Of a stretch of 64,000 nt of DNA, positions 47,662 to 58,190 are shown piece after piece. This DNA is from an uncultured Bacteroidales bacterium (GTDB lineage: Bacteria; Bacteroidota; Bacteroidia; Bacteroidales; VadinHA17), in assembly GCA_963756885.1 (NCBI GenBank), contig CAVWPG010000007.1:3582-67581 (forward strand). The letters run 5' to 3'. The position numbers and the translations under genes were made by a program. The notes beneath the pieces are model-generated. The model was not told the DNA's origin and did not search any database. It saw only the letters and a list, made by a program, of their open reading frames with translations. Position 1 is the first letter of the stretch. Every line of letters starts with the position of its first letter.

Positions 47662-48492
47662 ATGACCGAGCTGTTTACAATATTCAAGCTTACGGAGGAG
47701 AGGGCAACGGAAATTGCGGCAATGCCTGATGAGCCTCATTTCCATGACTATGAGGAGCTCCTTGTGGGACTGGAGGGTGCCCTGGAGCATTTCATAGATT
47801 TCAGGCAGGAGGTTTTCGATGCGCCTTATGTAAGCTTTGTTACAAAGGGTAAGATCCACAGGGTGATCCCCCGGCTGAAAGACGATAAGTGCAAGGTCTG
47901 GGTAATCCGCTTCAAAAGCGAGTTTATCCCGGAAACAACCTTCCAGCTCTATTCATATTATCACGACCAGGCAAACATTGTGATGAAGGACGGAGAATGC
48001 TTCAGGCGTATTCCCCTGTTGTGCGAGATGATGTCGGGTGAGCTGGTTCAGGCGGAGCCCGATTTTGGAGTAATCCGCCAGCTGCTGGAAACCGTTTTTA
48101 CAGTAGTCGAGTCGGAAAGAAGGAAGCTGGCCCCCCATGATGAGAACATTCAGAAAACGCAGAATATAACATTTAAGAACTTCCTGCTGATACTTGAGGA
48201 GAATTTTCGCCGGCCCCTGGGGGTTGACTTTTATGCAGAGAAACTATTCATGAGCTCCAGAAACCTGAATCTTATCTGTCATAACATCTTGCAGCAGAGC
48301 GTTACTGAAATAATTGAGACGAGAAAGCTCATAGAAGCCAAGAATCTTCTGATAAGCACGGACAAGACAATCTCCGAGATTAGCTATGAGCTGGGCTTTA
48401 ACGAGAAGTCCTACTTTACAAATGTATTCCGGAAAAAATCCGGGCAGACTCCATCCGAGTTCAGGGAGGAAATGAAAAAGCTCATTTCCTGA
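47662..48492 (+). CDS. AraC-family transcriptional regulator
   Basis: It has a C-terminal double HTH (ISEISYELGFNEKSYFTNVFRKKSGQTPSEFR). The likely start is ATG 47662. Confidence 0.8.
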   Translation: MTELFTIFKLTEERATEIAAMPDEPHFHDYEELLVGLEGALEHFIDFRQEVFDAPYVSFVTKGKIHRVIPRLKDDKCKVWVIRFKSEFIPETTFQLYSYYHDQANIVMKDGECFRRIPLLCEMMSGELVQAEPDFGVIRQLLETVFTVVESERRKLAPHDENIQKTQNITFKNFLLILEENFRRPLGVDFYAEKLFMSSRNLNLICHNILQQSVTEIIETRKLIEAKNLLISTDKTISEISYELGFNEKSYFTNVFRKKSGQTPSEFREEMKKLIS

Positions 48493-48598
48493 TATCACAA
48501 CACCTTTTCCGAATACTGTTACCTGTGGCCCTTTTGACGGTCGTATCTTTACATCGTAAAATTAAACGATTATTCATAACAATAAATTCATATTTAAA

Positions 48599-49153
48599 AT
48601 GGAAACTTTAACAGAAAAAAAGAAAGCAACACAATGGGTTCTTGATCTATCACACAGTGAGCTTAATTTCAGGGTTAAGCACCTTATGATCTCGAATGTA
48701 AAGGGTGAATTCAGAAAATTTGAGGCAGAAGTTGAAGGAGAAGATTTTACAACCTCCCCTGTACTGGTTGCTATCGATGCGGCATCCATTTTCACAAATG
48801 ACGATGCCCGCGACGGGCACCTCAGGAGTGCAGATTTCTTCGATGTTGAAAAATACAGGGAGATCACTTTCACGTCGACATCATTCAAAAAAACCAATGA
48901 TGCGAATTATAAGCTCGCCGGTCAGCTTACCATGAAAGGTGTTACCAACCCGGTCACTCTCGATGTCGAATTTGGCGGCAGGAACAAGGATCCCTGGGGA
49001 AATGAAAAGGCTGCATTCTCCCTTAGCGGAGTAATCAATCGCAAGGACTGGGGATTGAACTGGAACGCAGCACTTGAAACCGGCGGAGTCCTTGTCAGCG
49101 ATGAGGTGCGCATAACAGGTGATATCCAGTTAGTACGGAAATCAGCAGAATAA
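48599..49153 (+). CDS. YceI-family polyisoprenoid-binding protein
   Basis: WVLDLSHSELNFRVKHLMISNVKGEFRKF and RDGHLRSADFFD are the typical YceI motifs. Confidence 0.85.
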   Translation: METLTEKKKATQWVLDLSHSELNFRVKHLMISNVKGEFRKFEAEVEGEDFTTSPVLVAIDAASIFTNDDARDGHLRSADFFDVEKYREITFTSTSFKKTNDANYKLAGQLTMKGVTNPVTLDVEFGGRNKDPWGNEKAAFSLSGVINRKDWGLNWNAALETGGVLVSDEVRITGDIQLVRKSAE

Positions 49154-49204
49154 ATCAATATCTTTGCTACGAACATTCAGCAGGATCCTCTTAAAAATTC
49201 GTCA

Positions 49205-50035
49205 ATGAAACTGAATGACCTTAAAAAGATAACAGAATCCTTTGACAGCACGGCAAAAATGCCGGTGCTGTTTCTGGGTCATGGCAGTCCGATGAATGCC
49301 ATCGAAGAGAATGAGTTTGTAGCCGGTTTCAGAACCGTTGGCAAGTCACTCCCCAGGCCTAAGGCCGTATTATGCGTGTCTGCACACTGGGAAACGAGAG
49401 GAACCTTTGTCACAGCAATGGAAAAGCCGAAGACGATCCACGACTTCGGCGGTTTTCCATGTGAATTGTTTGAGGTACAGTATCCTGCTCCGGGCAGTCC
49501 TGAGCTTGCACAGCAGACAAAAGGGCTCGTAAGGAAAGCGGATGTGGGTCTGGATCAGAAATGGGGCCTTGACCATGGAGCATGGAGTGTAATAAAGCAC
49601 ATGTATCCTGCTGCGGATGTGCCGGTAATTGAAATGAGCCTGGATTATTATCAGACACCCCAATATCATTACGACCTGGCAAGGGAGCTGAAGCCGTTGC
49701 GTGAAAGAGGTGTTCTTATCATTGGGAGCGGGAATATGATTCATAACCTGGGACTGGTGGCATGGGATAAATTAAACAGCCTCTACGGGTATGACTGGGC
49801 CCTGGAAGCCAGGTCTAAAATGAAGGACCTCATTCTTGACGGTGACCATAAATCACTTATCAATTACAGATCGCTTGGAAAGAGCTTTGATCTTTCAATT
49901 CCTACTCCGGAGCATTATTTGCCCCTACTGTATGCACTAGCCTTAAAGGACGAGGATGAATCAGCAACATTGTTCAACGATGAACCCGTAGCAGGCTCTC
50001 TGACAATGACATCCGTATTGATTAATAAGTTCTGA
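49205..50035 (+). CDS. class III extradiol dioxygenase (4,5-DOPA dioxygenase, YgiD-like)
   Basis: LFLGHGSPMNA, SAHW and LIIGSGNMIHNL motifs are present. Confidence 0.8.
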   Translation: MKLNDLKKITESFDSTAKMPVLFLGHGSPMNAIEENEFVAGFRTVGKSLPRPKAVLCVSAHWETRGTFVTAMEKPKTIHDFGGFPCELFEVQYPAPGSPELAQQTKGLVRKADVGLDQKWGLDHGAWSVIKHMYPAADVPVIEMSLDYYQTPQYHYDLARELKPLRERGVLIIGSGNMIHNLGLVAWDKLNSLYGYDWALEARSKMKDLILDGDHKSLINYRSLGKSFDLSIPTPEHYLPLLYALALKDEDESATLFNDEPVAGSLTMTSVLINKF

Positions 50036-50127
50036 CTTTCCAACCCCCACTCTCTGTCTCCTATTCGGCTCCTCTGTGGACCTTTGTATAACAAAGTCCC
50101 ATTCATGCCGGCCGTTACATGGTCAAG

Positions 50128-51021
50128 TTATTTTTTTATGCATCTTACATACTGCCCCCTCTGCTTGGGCGTGCTGCTACTGCTGAGACTACCGGCCAGT
50201 GTAATATAGTGGTCGACTGCATTGGAGGTGCTGCTTTCAGTTGAGCTCCACCAGGTGGCAATGCTGTTGATGTTCTTGAATAATCCGTTCTCAATCCGGT
50301 AACCTCCGGGGAAGCCCCCGAAACCGGCTTCATTCTTTCCGTTATCTCCGGCGCTCCATCCGCTCGCGCTCTTCATTTTTGCTCCTGCAATCGATTGTCC
50401 ACCCAGGACGTGTGTAATTTCTGTCCAGTCCTCGTCAGATGACAGGGACCAGCCTGCCGGAGCAAGGCCCCTTGGGTCGTTCACTGCAAACCAGTTGTAT
50501 AGTTTGCCATATTTAGGCCCGTTTGCAGGGTCGTTATTGTAATAGCACCAGGCTGGTTTGCCTGCTGTACCTGCGGCTACCCACTGCTCGTTTGTTTTAG
50601 CTTCAGGAATTGTATCGCCGTTCCGGAAGGTACCTGCATTCAGGTTAGCGATGGCCCAGTTTTGTGATCCAATTGTAACAACTGAGGGATCTTTCTTTTT
50701 TACGGGCTCGGCAGGAAGACTCTTTGCAGCAGTTTTAGTTTTAGCCGTGCCGGATTTCGCAGCGGACGGAGTTGCTTTGGGTTTGGTCTGAGTCGATTTA
50801 GTCGTTGTCGTCGTCTTGGCTTTTGCAGTGCTTGTTTTCGGCTTGGTCTGGGTTTGGGTGGACTTTGAAGTTGTGGTTGAGGGTTTGGTCTGGGTTGTTT
50901 TTGGAGTATCCTGCCCTGCGTTGCCTGTGCCTGAAACAGAGGCCATGCCCCGGGTAATTCCGGCCGTGGCCGATATAATGAGGAGAATGGTCATTGCAAT
51001 AATCATTTTTGTCTTTTTCAT
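50128..51021 (-). CDS. FISUMP-domain secreted protein with Thr/Lys-rich linker
   Basis: A signal peptide is followed by a low-complexity TKPKT-type linker. The C-terminal domain (IGSQNWAIANLN ... YGKLYNW ... LAPAGWSLSSDEDW) is typical of the Fibrobacter succinogenes major paralogous domain. Confidence 0.7.
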   Translation of the reverse strand: MKKTKMIIAMTILLIISATAGITRGMASVSGTGNAGQDTPKTTQTKPSTTTSKSTQTQTKPKTSTAKAKTTTTTKSTQTKPKATPSAAKSGTAKTKTAAKSLPAEPVKKKDPSVVTIGSQNWAIANLNAGTFRNGDTIPEAKTNEQWVAAGTAGKPAWCYYNNDPANGPKYGKLYNWFAVNDPRGLAPAGWSLSSDEDWTEITHVLGGQSIAGAKMKSASGWSAGDNGKNEAGFGGFPGGYRIENGLFKNINSIATWWSSTESSTSNAVDHYITLAGSLSSSSTPKQRGQYVRCIKK

Positions 51022-51305
51022 AGCTGGTTTCTTTTAATTGCAGGTAAATATTTTGTCATTCTCAATTACATGATTGTCAAAAAAATCTTTTCAGCCCTTT
51101 TAGACATCTTTTGAATACATCCGCATTATTCCCGGGTCTGCTGAACAACATACACGTTGGAGCATTCAAAGATTCCGGCAGTATGAGTAAGACATTCAGG
51201 TTACTGTATTTTATGACTATCAGGTAGATAACGTACCCTGAAAGACTTTATTATTCAAAACCGGGAACGTCTTGCAAAACTTTAGAGCTGAATGAAGAAT
51301 TACCC

Positions 51306-51989
51306 TCAGAAATATTTCTCGTAGAATATATTTTCATCAGGGATCCCTTTATCCCTGAGGATATGATAGACCTCGTATATCATATTGCCGTTGCCACACA
51401 GGTAGAACAGCATGCCCGTGCCTGTGGGGAACGAGGGCAATATCCTGGTGACTCTCCCCTTATGGCCCCCCGAGGTCTCTTTGGATGTGCACAGAATATA
51501 CCTGTGAGGGTCAAAATCAGCCTTCTCGTAGGCCTCATTTTTATATCCTACTCCGTGGATTAGCATATAATTAATTCCGGGATACGACCTGACAAAGCTA
51601 TGGAACGGGGATATCCCGGTTCCCGTTGCGATGAAGAGCATTTTCCTGGTGTACATGTCGTATGGCTCGATCCCAAAGGTTCCGAAGGGCCCGTTGACCT
51701 GCAGCAGCTGGCCCGGTTTGCTCTGCTTCAGTTTGACTGATATATTGCCGTCAAGAACTTCCCTGACAAGAATCTCAAGGTAGTCGTCGTTTTCTCCGCT
51801 GTATATTGAATATTCCCTTTGATCCAGTCCTCCTTCAGGGCCAACAATTATATGTTGTCCTGCCCTGAATTGCAGATCTCCGCGATCGAGCCTGATAACA
51901 AAAGTCCTGTCGGTCAGAAACCTGATTTGCATTATTTTATGAAGATCTGTGGAAACTGCAGGATCTGACACTTTTTCTTCTGAATACAT
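51306..51989 (-). CDS. ferredoxin-NADP reductase-like FAD/NAD(P)-binding oxidoreductase
   Basis: It has an RxYS-type FAD motif (REYSIYS) and an NAD(P) motif (FIATGTGISPF). Confidence 0.65.
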   Translation of the reverse strand: MYSEEKVSDPAVSTDLHKIMQIRFLTDRTFVIRLDRGDLQFRAGQHIIVGPEGGLDQREYSIYSGENDDYLEILVREVLDGNISVKLKQSKPGQLLQVNGPFGTFGIEPYDMYTRKMLFIATGTGISPFHSFVRSYPGINYMLIHGVGYKNEAYEKADFDPHRYILCTSKETSGGHKGRVTRILPSFPTGTGMLFYLCGNGNMIYEVYHILRDKGIPDENIFYEKYF

Positions 51990-52193
51990 GATGAGATATT
52001 TCCAATTAAACCTGAAAAGCTAAAACAACAAGAATATTGGATTGTTCAGGGGAGTTGCAGACCAGGCAGCTTTCAATTCCTGCTTCAAATAAGCCTGATC
52101 CGTTATAAATTCGGCCAGGCAATCTCTTATTGAATCATAAATATTGTACATTTATTAGCTGATAAACCTTTCGGAATTTTAAACTCTATTTAA

Positions 52194-53756
52194 ATGAAAA
52201 TGACCCTGAGAAAATCCGGTTTCCTGATTCTGGTACTTATTCTCCTGTCGGCTGGCTGCAGGAATGAAAAGACAATAACCTCGCTTCCCCGCAGCGTTCC
52301 CGAGGCTGAAGGAGTCTCCTCGCAGGGGATCCTCGATTTTCTGAAGGCAGCTGCGAACAGCAGTAATGAATTTCACAGTATAATGTTCCTCAGGCATGGC
52401 AAGGTCATTGCTGAAGGATGGTGGAGCCCTTACAGGTCAGATCTCAGGCATACCCTCTATTCCACGAGCAAAAGCTTTACCGCCTCGGCAGTAGGATATG
52501 CTGTAAATGAAAAACTCCTTTCAGTCAACGATAAAGTTGTCTCTTTTTTCCCCGATGAGCTCCCCGATACTGTAAGTCCCTTCCTCGCAGAGATGAGGGT
52601 AAGGGATCTCCTAACAATGTCGGCGGGTCTTGATCCTGAGCCGACCGACAAGATAGTAACGAGCGACAGCAACTGGGTCAGGTCGTTCCTGTCGTTTCCG
52701 GTTATACATGAACCGGGAACAAAATTCCTTTATAATTCGATGGCTACTTATATGCTATCCGCTATAGTGCAGAAAGTCACCGGGCAAAAAGTAATTGACT
52801 ACCTTAAGCCACGTCTGTTCGATCCCCTGGCCATAACCGGAATGGATTGGGAGGTCGATCCCCGCGGAATAAATACGGGAGGCTGGGGGCTGAGGCTGAA
52901 AACGGAGGATCTGGCAAAATTCGGTCAGCTTTTTCTGCAGAAGGGGATCTGGAACGGGAAACAGGTATTGCCGGCCGCCTGGGTAGCGGAGGCCTCGACA
53001 AAGAAGATTGACCAGAACCCTGACGCCACTCAGGCAGCCAGGGATTCGAGCGACTGGCTTCAGGGCTACTGCTATCAGATGTGGCGCTGCAGGCACAACG
53101 CGTTCAGGGCTGACGGAGCCTATGGCCAGTTTATCATCATGATGCCCGACGAGGATGCAGTGATTGCCATTACTGCAGAGACTTATGATATGCAGGCCGA
53201 ATTAAACCTTGTCTGGAAATACCTGCTCCCTGCCATGAAGGAAGACAAGCTGCCTGAGAACCCTGTACTGTCAGCCCTTCTGAAGCAAAAACTTTCTGAC
53301 CTTGCACTGCCGCTGCCTGCCGCCGGAGATGGATCTGCCACTGTAACAGGGATCTCGGGTAAATCCTTCAGCCTTGACCCCAATGATATGAATATTGAAA
53401 CCTTAACCCTCACATTCGATGGCAATATCTGTAAAACGGTTATGACAACCGGCTCTGACACATATAATTTTACATTTGGAAAAGGGCAGTGGGCAGGAGG
53501 TGAGACAACACTGCACGGGCCCAACCTTCTCCTGAGGGCCAAAGCCCATGATGCAGGCCTTCCGCCTGCCAGGGTAGCAGGGAGCTTCGGCTGGAAAGAT
53601 GAAAAGACGCTGGTACTGGTTCTGCGCTATATCGAAAGTCCGCACACCGAAACCATTACATGCAGGTTCGAAGGGAACAAAATATCGGTTGGGTTTCATT
53701 TCAGCAATGACCCCGGTTTTAATCCCCCGGAATTAAAGGGTGTTGCAAAAGATTGA
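52194..53756 (+). CDS. beta-lactamase-family serine hydrolase lipoprotein
   Basis: It has a lipobox (LLSAGCRN), an SxxK motif (YSTSKSFTASAVG) and a C-terminal beta-rich extension. Confidence 0.75.
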   Translation: MKMTLRKSGFLILVLILLSAGCRNEKTITSLPRSVPEAEGVSSQGILDFLKAAANSSNEFHSIMFLRHGKVIAEGWWSPYRSDLRHTLYSTSKSFTASAVGYAVNEKLLSVNDKVVSFFPDELPDTVSPFLAEMRVRDLLTMSAGLDPEPTDKIVTSDSNWVRSFLSFPVIHEPGTKFLYNSMATYMLSAIVQKVTGQKVIDYLKPRLFDPLAITGMDWEVDPRGINTGGWGLRLKTEDLAKFGQLFLQKGIWNGKQVLPAAWVAEASTKKIDQNPDATQAARDSSDWLQGYCYQMWRCRHNAFRADGAYGQFIIMMPDEDAVIAITAETYDMQAELNLVWKYLLPAMKEDKLPENPVLSALLKQKLSDLALPLPAAGDGSATVTGISGKSFSLDPNDMNIETLTLTFDGNICKTVMTTGSDTYNFTFGKGQWAGGETTLHGPNLLLRAKAHDAGLPPARVAGSFGWKDEKTLVLVLRYIESPHTETITCRFEGNKISVGFHFSNDPGFNPPELKGVAKD

Positions 53757-53814
53757 AAAGAGATCCGGCCATCAGTGCCGGGAAATATGAAATTTTACTA
53801 ATAAGGAATCCAAA

Positions 53815-55344
53815 ATGAATAATAAGGTTTTCAGCAGTCAGCCAATGCCTTATGCTTATTCGAGAGAAAAGGGCATAGGTTCAGCTTCACGATTAATGTT
53901 AAAATTTCTTCGGGTGATTTTGTTCTGCATTCCTGCAGGAATATCCTGTGAATTATGTAACTGTCAGCCATTAGCTTCTTCGGATCTTCAAGGAGGTTCA
54001 GCAAAAGAAGCCGGTAGTGCTGTAGCGGTACCGTCATACTCAATCACCCTTTCCGGGAGAAAAAGCCAGCCTGTGACCGGTTGGGGCTGCTTTCCGGGTT
54101 TTATAGACTGGGGGGCAGGGATTGGATATGACAAGTCGCTGCAGAAAGCTATTTACGGAGATCTTGGCATGACAGTCGGGAGGGTCAAGATCTATCCTCA
54201 GTATTGCAACCGCGATGGCTCCCTTAACAAGCACCTCATTGACATCAACCTGGCAAGCGAAATCGGAGCAATGCGCAGCTATGGCATAAAGACATGGATA
54301 ATCACTACCTGGTCGCCACCAACATTCATGAAAACCTTCAATGACACTATCGGAAATGTAAATGGCCAGCCGAACCATCTGAAGCCTGAATTCGAGGATG
54401 CCTTCGTAAAATTTTATGTGAAGGTTCTCGCGTACCTGAGGGATGTAAAAAAGCTTGGAACACCTTTATATGCAACTGTACAGAACGAGCCCGACTATGC
54501 AGCCAACTGGGATGGGTGCCCCTATGAACCTGAACAATGGCGAAGGGTAACGAAGAAGCTAAGGCAGGAGCTCGACAGGGAAAAGCTGTCGGTGGTCAAA
54601 ATTCACGGGCCCGATCACAATCACTACACTATAGGTAAATATCTCGGTGCTGATCTTTCGGAGCTGAGGAACGACCCTGACCTTCTGAAGGCTATCGATG
54701 GCATCGCATTTCATTCATATGATGAGGGAACCCAGTCAGGCGGTAAGGCTGCTGTCGAGGCGCGCGATCTGATTCTGAAATTCAAGCATGAGCTGAATAA
54801 GGGAGATCAGATCTGGCAAACTGAAAATTGCACGGTTAAAGCCGAAGATCTTACTGTTTCCGCCATCCGGCAGCTAAGATCGATGATGAGGGACATGGGT
54901 TACCTCGAGGCCAATTGTTATATCTACTGGCTGGGTGCCACCAACGACGATAGCTACGACGGAGAGCAGCTTATTTATGGTGATACTCGGACAAAGCTTT
55001 ACTGGGTTTTCAGGAAATTATGGCATACAGTTACCCCTGGCGATTTTTTTGTAGAGAATTTTGTTGAAAATGACGATCCGGCTCTCGCATCCTTCGGTCC
55101 CGACCCCATGGATATGCTTGCCTTTACCGGCAAGGGCAGGACTGTCGTTCTGCTCACAAATCCGACAGACATCACCAGAAACCTGACAGTAAAGGGACTC
55201 GCTGGAACCAGGGCTGAAATATTCCGCACTTCTGCTACCGAAGATATGGCTCCTGCAGGGTCGGGAGATATCAGGAACGGAGAGACTACAGTATTACTGC
55301 CAGCGACATCGGTCCTCATGATTGAAACTGACGGAGGCCAGTAA
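53815..55344 (+). CDS. GH30-like glycoside hydrolase
   Basis: WSPPTFMKT and ATVQNEPDY resemble the GH30 pattern. The N-terminal start is uncertain. Confidence 0.5.
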   Translation: MNNKVFSSQPMPYAYSREKGIGSASRLMLKFLRVILFCIPAGISCELCNCQPLASSDLQGGSAKEAGSAVAVPSYSITLSGRKSQPVTGWGCFPGFIDWGAGIGYDKSLQKAIYGDLGMTVGRVKIYPQYCNRDGSLNKHLIDINLASEIGAMRSYGIKTWIITTWSPPTFMKTFNDTIGNVNGQPNHLKPEFEDAFVKFYVKVLAYLRDVKKLGTPLYATVQNEPDYAANWDGCPYEPEQWRRVTKKLRQELDREKLSVVKIHGPDHNHYTIGKYLGADLSELRNDPDLLKAIDGIAFHSYDEGTQSGGKAAVEARDLILKFKHELNKGDQIWQTENCTVKAEDLTVSAIRQLRSMMRDMGYLEANCYIYWLGATNDDSYDGEQLIYGDTRTKLYWVFRKLWHTVTPGDFFVENFVENDDPALASFGPDPMDMLAFTGKGRTVVLLTNPTDITRNLTVKGLAGTRAEIFRTSATEDMAPAGSGDIRNGETTVLLPATSVLMIETDGGQ

Positions 55345-55406
55345 TTGAGTACCAGGCCAGTATTAAACCCATAATTTTCACCTCCATTTGATAAAGCAAT
55401 TCAGAT

Positions 55407-56909
55407 ATGAACACCGTGACCTCTGTTTTTTGTGCTGCACTTTGCATGACAATATTATCTGCCAGGCCGCAGGATCTTCCTGGCCAGGACAGGCAACCTG
55501 TCAGGATTGAATCCTGGATAACCACTCCGGATCGTGCCTCCCTCTTTGAAGAACAGAAAGACACTGTCTTCTTCGGAGACAACAGGAAGGGGTGGGGCCC
55601 CGATATAGTTGTAGATGAGAGGCAGCAGTTTCAGGAGATCGATGGTTTCGGCTTTGCCCTTACAGGGGGGAGTGCCGGGCTTATTATGAAAATGAGCACC
55701 GAACACCGCAATGTTCTGCTGAAGGAGCTTTTCTCGACGGAAGGGAAAAGCATCGGTGTAAGCTATCTCCGGATCAGTATAGGTTCTTCTGATCTCAATG
55801 AATTTGTTTTTTCATATGATGATCTGCCGGACGGAGAGACCGATTATGATCTGAGAAAGTTCAGCCTGGCACAGGATCTCAATGATGTTGTTCCCGTGCT
55901 GAAGCAGATCCTGTCCATCAACCCCGATATTAAAATACTTGGCTCACCATGGTCGGCTCCCGGGTGGATGAAGACAAACAATAACGTAAGGGGAGGTTCG
56001 CTGAAAAAGGAATGCTATGATGTGTATGCCCGCTATTTTGTCAGATATATTCAGGCGATGAAAAAGGAGGGGATCACAATCGATGCAATCACTATTCAGA
56101 ATGAGCCGCTGAATTCAAAAAACACCCCCAGCATGAGGTGGCTTGTTACTGAACAGACCTCCTTCATCAGGGACAATCTGGGTCCGGTGTTCAGGAAGGC
56201 TGGTCTGACGACGAAAGTTGTTCTTTTCGATCATAATTGCGACAGGCCCGATTATCCCCTGGCTCTTCTGAGTGATCCCAAACTGGCACAGTATGTGGAC
56301 GGTACGGGTTTTCACCACTATGGAGGAGACCTGGGCGCCATGAGCCTTGTTCACATGGCAAGGCCCGATAAGAATCTCTATTTTACAGAACAGATGGTAA
56401 CTGAAGAACCCGGAAGTCCTGCAATTGAAATTACTGACCCTGTGAAGCGCCTGATTATCGGAGCAACAAGGAACTGGAGCCGGAATGTTATACTCTGGAA
56501 TCTGGCGGCAGATCCGCTGGATGATCCGCATACAGACAACGGCGGCTGCTCCATGTGCCAGGGAGCCATTACAATAGATGGAGATAAGGTCAGCCGCAAT
56601 ATTGCATATTACACTGTCGCTCACGCTTCGAAATTCGTCAGGCCGGGATCGGAACGGATCGCCTCCACATATACCGGAGATAACACGATCAGTCTCACAA
56701 GTGATGAGGAGCAGCCCGGTATTTTCCGGGCAACGGTGATCACAGATACCCGGGTGCTGCCCAATGTGGCTTTCAAAACACCTGATGGAAGGATTGTGCT
56801 TATCGTTGCAAATGACACCTGGTCAGTCAGACACTTTAATATTCAGTACAGGGGTCAGTTTGCCACCCTTATTCTCGGCCCGGGAGCTGCAGGCACTTAC
56901 ATATGGTAA
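55407..56909 (+). CDS. GH30 glycoside hydrolase (glucosylceramidase-like)
   Basis: IDGFGFALTGGSA, GSPWSAPGWMKTNN and ITIQNEP motifs are present. Confidence 0.8.
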   Translation: MNTVTSVFCAALCMTILSARPQDLPGQDRQPVRIESWITTPDRASLFEEQKDTVFFGDNRKGWGPDIVVDERQQFQEIDGFGFALTGGSAGLIMKMSTEHRNVLLKELFSTEGKSIGVSYLRISIGSSDLNEFVFSYDDLPDGETDYDLRKFSLAQDLNDVVPVLKQILSINPDIKILGSPWSAPGWMKTNNNVRGGSLKKECYDVYARYFVRYIQAMKKEGITIDAITIQNEPLNSKNTPSMRWLVTEQTSFIRDNLGPVFRKAGLTTKVVLFDHNCDRPDYPLALLSDPKLAQYVDGTGFHHYGGDLGAMSLVHMARPDKNLYFTEQMVTEEPGSPAIEITDPVKRLIIGATRNWSRNVILWNLAADPLDDPHTDNGGCSMCQGAITIDGDKVSRNIAYYTVAHASKFVRPGSERIASTYTGDNTISLTSDEEQPGIFRATVITDTRVLPNVAFKTPDGRIVLIVANDTWSVRHFNIQYRGQFATLILGPGAAGTYIW

Positions 56910-57119
56910 CTTTCGGGTATTTATGCTGGTTGACCCGGGAGTTATAAAAAATTGACTTTTTATTGTATTTTATCTCTTTATTATTTCTTAACTTGTAGAG
57001 ATAATAACCTGATCTCTAATTGAAAATCGTGATGATGAGAATCATTGCTCCGGATTTGCTGGCCTGATGTGCAAGAGCAATGAGCTGGAATACTGAAATC
57101 TCAATTAAAATTCAATGAT

Positions 57120-57764
57120 ATGACACAATTATTTTTACAACTCGCGCAATCCGTTACCGGAAATGTGGTTACAATTGTTGCCCTGGAACTTGCCGTTGCA
57201 ATCATCGGATTTGCAATTGCCTGGTATTATGCCAGATCAGTGTATACTCCTGTAATAAAGGGTCTTGAAGCAGATAATGCAAGCTTGGGCAGCCAGGTGC
57301 TGAACCTGAGAAGTGAGGTGGGAAAGCTGAATGATCAGATCGATAGCCTTGATAAAAAGATTACTGCACTGGGGGAAGAGCTGGCATCCAAAGCTGAGCA
57401 GTTGAAAGAATTTTCTGCTGAGAATTTTCAAGTGGGGAAATACGTTATCAGTCAGGCAAAGAACGGAGAGAATTATTTTAACCTTAAAGCTACAAATGGA
57501 CAGGTAATTCTGACAAGCGTAATGTATTCATCGATGGATGATTGCACCAGCGGGATCCATGCCACCAGGGGAAGCTGCGTCGATGATAATATGTTCGAGC
57601 GCAAACTATCCTCCAATAATAAGCACTTCTTTACGCTGAAAACCCCGGAAGGGCAGATTGTAGGCAAAAGTGAAATATACGAGTCGCAGGCCAACATGGA
57701 AAAGGGCATCTCATCTGTTAAGCGAAACGGTCTGAGCATGAATGTCGTTGAAGAACAGGATTAA
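57120..57764 (+). CDS. membrane-anchored protein with coiled coil and two YegP (DUF1508) repeats
   Basis: It has an N-terminal TM helix and a heptad-like segment (about aa 50-95). Two DUF1508-like repeats follow (YFNLKATNGQVILTSVMYSSMDDCTSGIHATR; FFTLKTPEGQIVGKSEIYESQANMEKGISSVKRN). Confidence 0.65.
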   Translation: MTQLFLQLAQSVTGNVVTIVALELAVAIIGFAIAWYYARSVYTPVIKGLEADNASLGSQVLNLRSEVGKLNDQIDSLDKKITALGEELASKAEQLKEFSAENFQVGKYVISQAKNGENYFNLKATNGQVILTSVMYSSMDDCTSGIHATRGSCVDDNMFERKLSSNNKHFFTLKTPEGQIVGKSEIYESQANMEKGISSVKRNGLSMNVVEEQD

Positions 57765-58190
57765 GGTCGGTATATCCCTCATTGCATTCCTTAAAGTTGA
57801 TTTTTTAATAATTCCATGTAATGGGAAGTGCCCCTGTTGCCGGGTGAAGTAAAAATGTCAGCTGGTATTGGGGCTGGTCAGAAAGGGGAAGATGAAATGT
57901 CACATCCTGGACCAGGGAGAATTCCGCTAATGAATTCCGGAAAACTATTTTTTAATTTAGATGCTGATCGGTGAAAGGTTAAATGAGTTGCCTGTTCCCG
58001 TTATTTAATAATGCGTTATTTTATGAGAAGGAAAGCAGACGGAAACAGAATTATTGAGGACCGCAGGGAATGGTTACTGACAGGGTAAGAAACAAGAGAC
58101 ATGGATAAGGGTGATACCTTTAAAGCCGGAGCAATTTAATATCTTGCAGAAATTATCGGATTGAAATTTATTTACAATTACAGACCAGTT

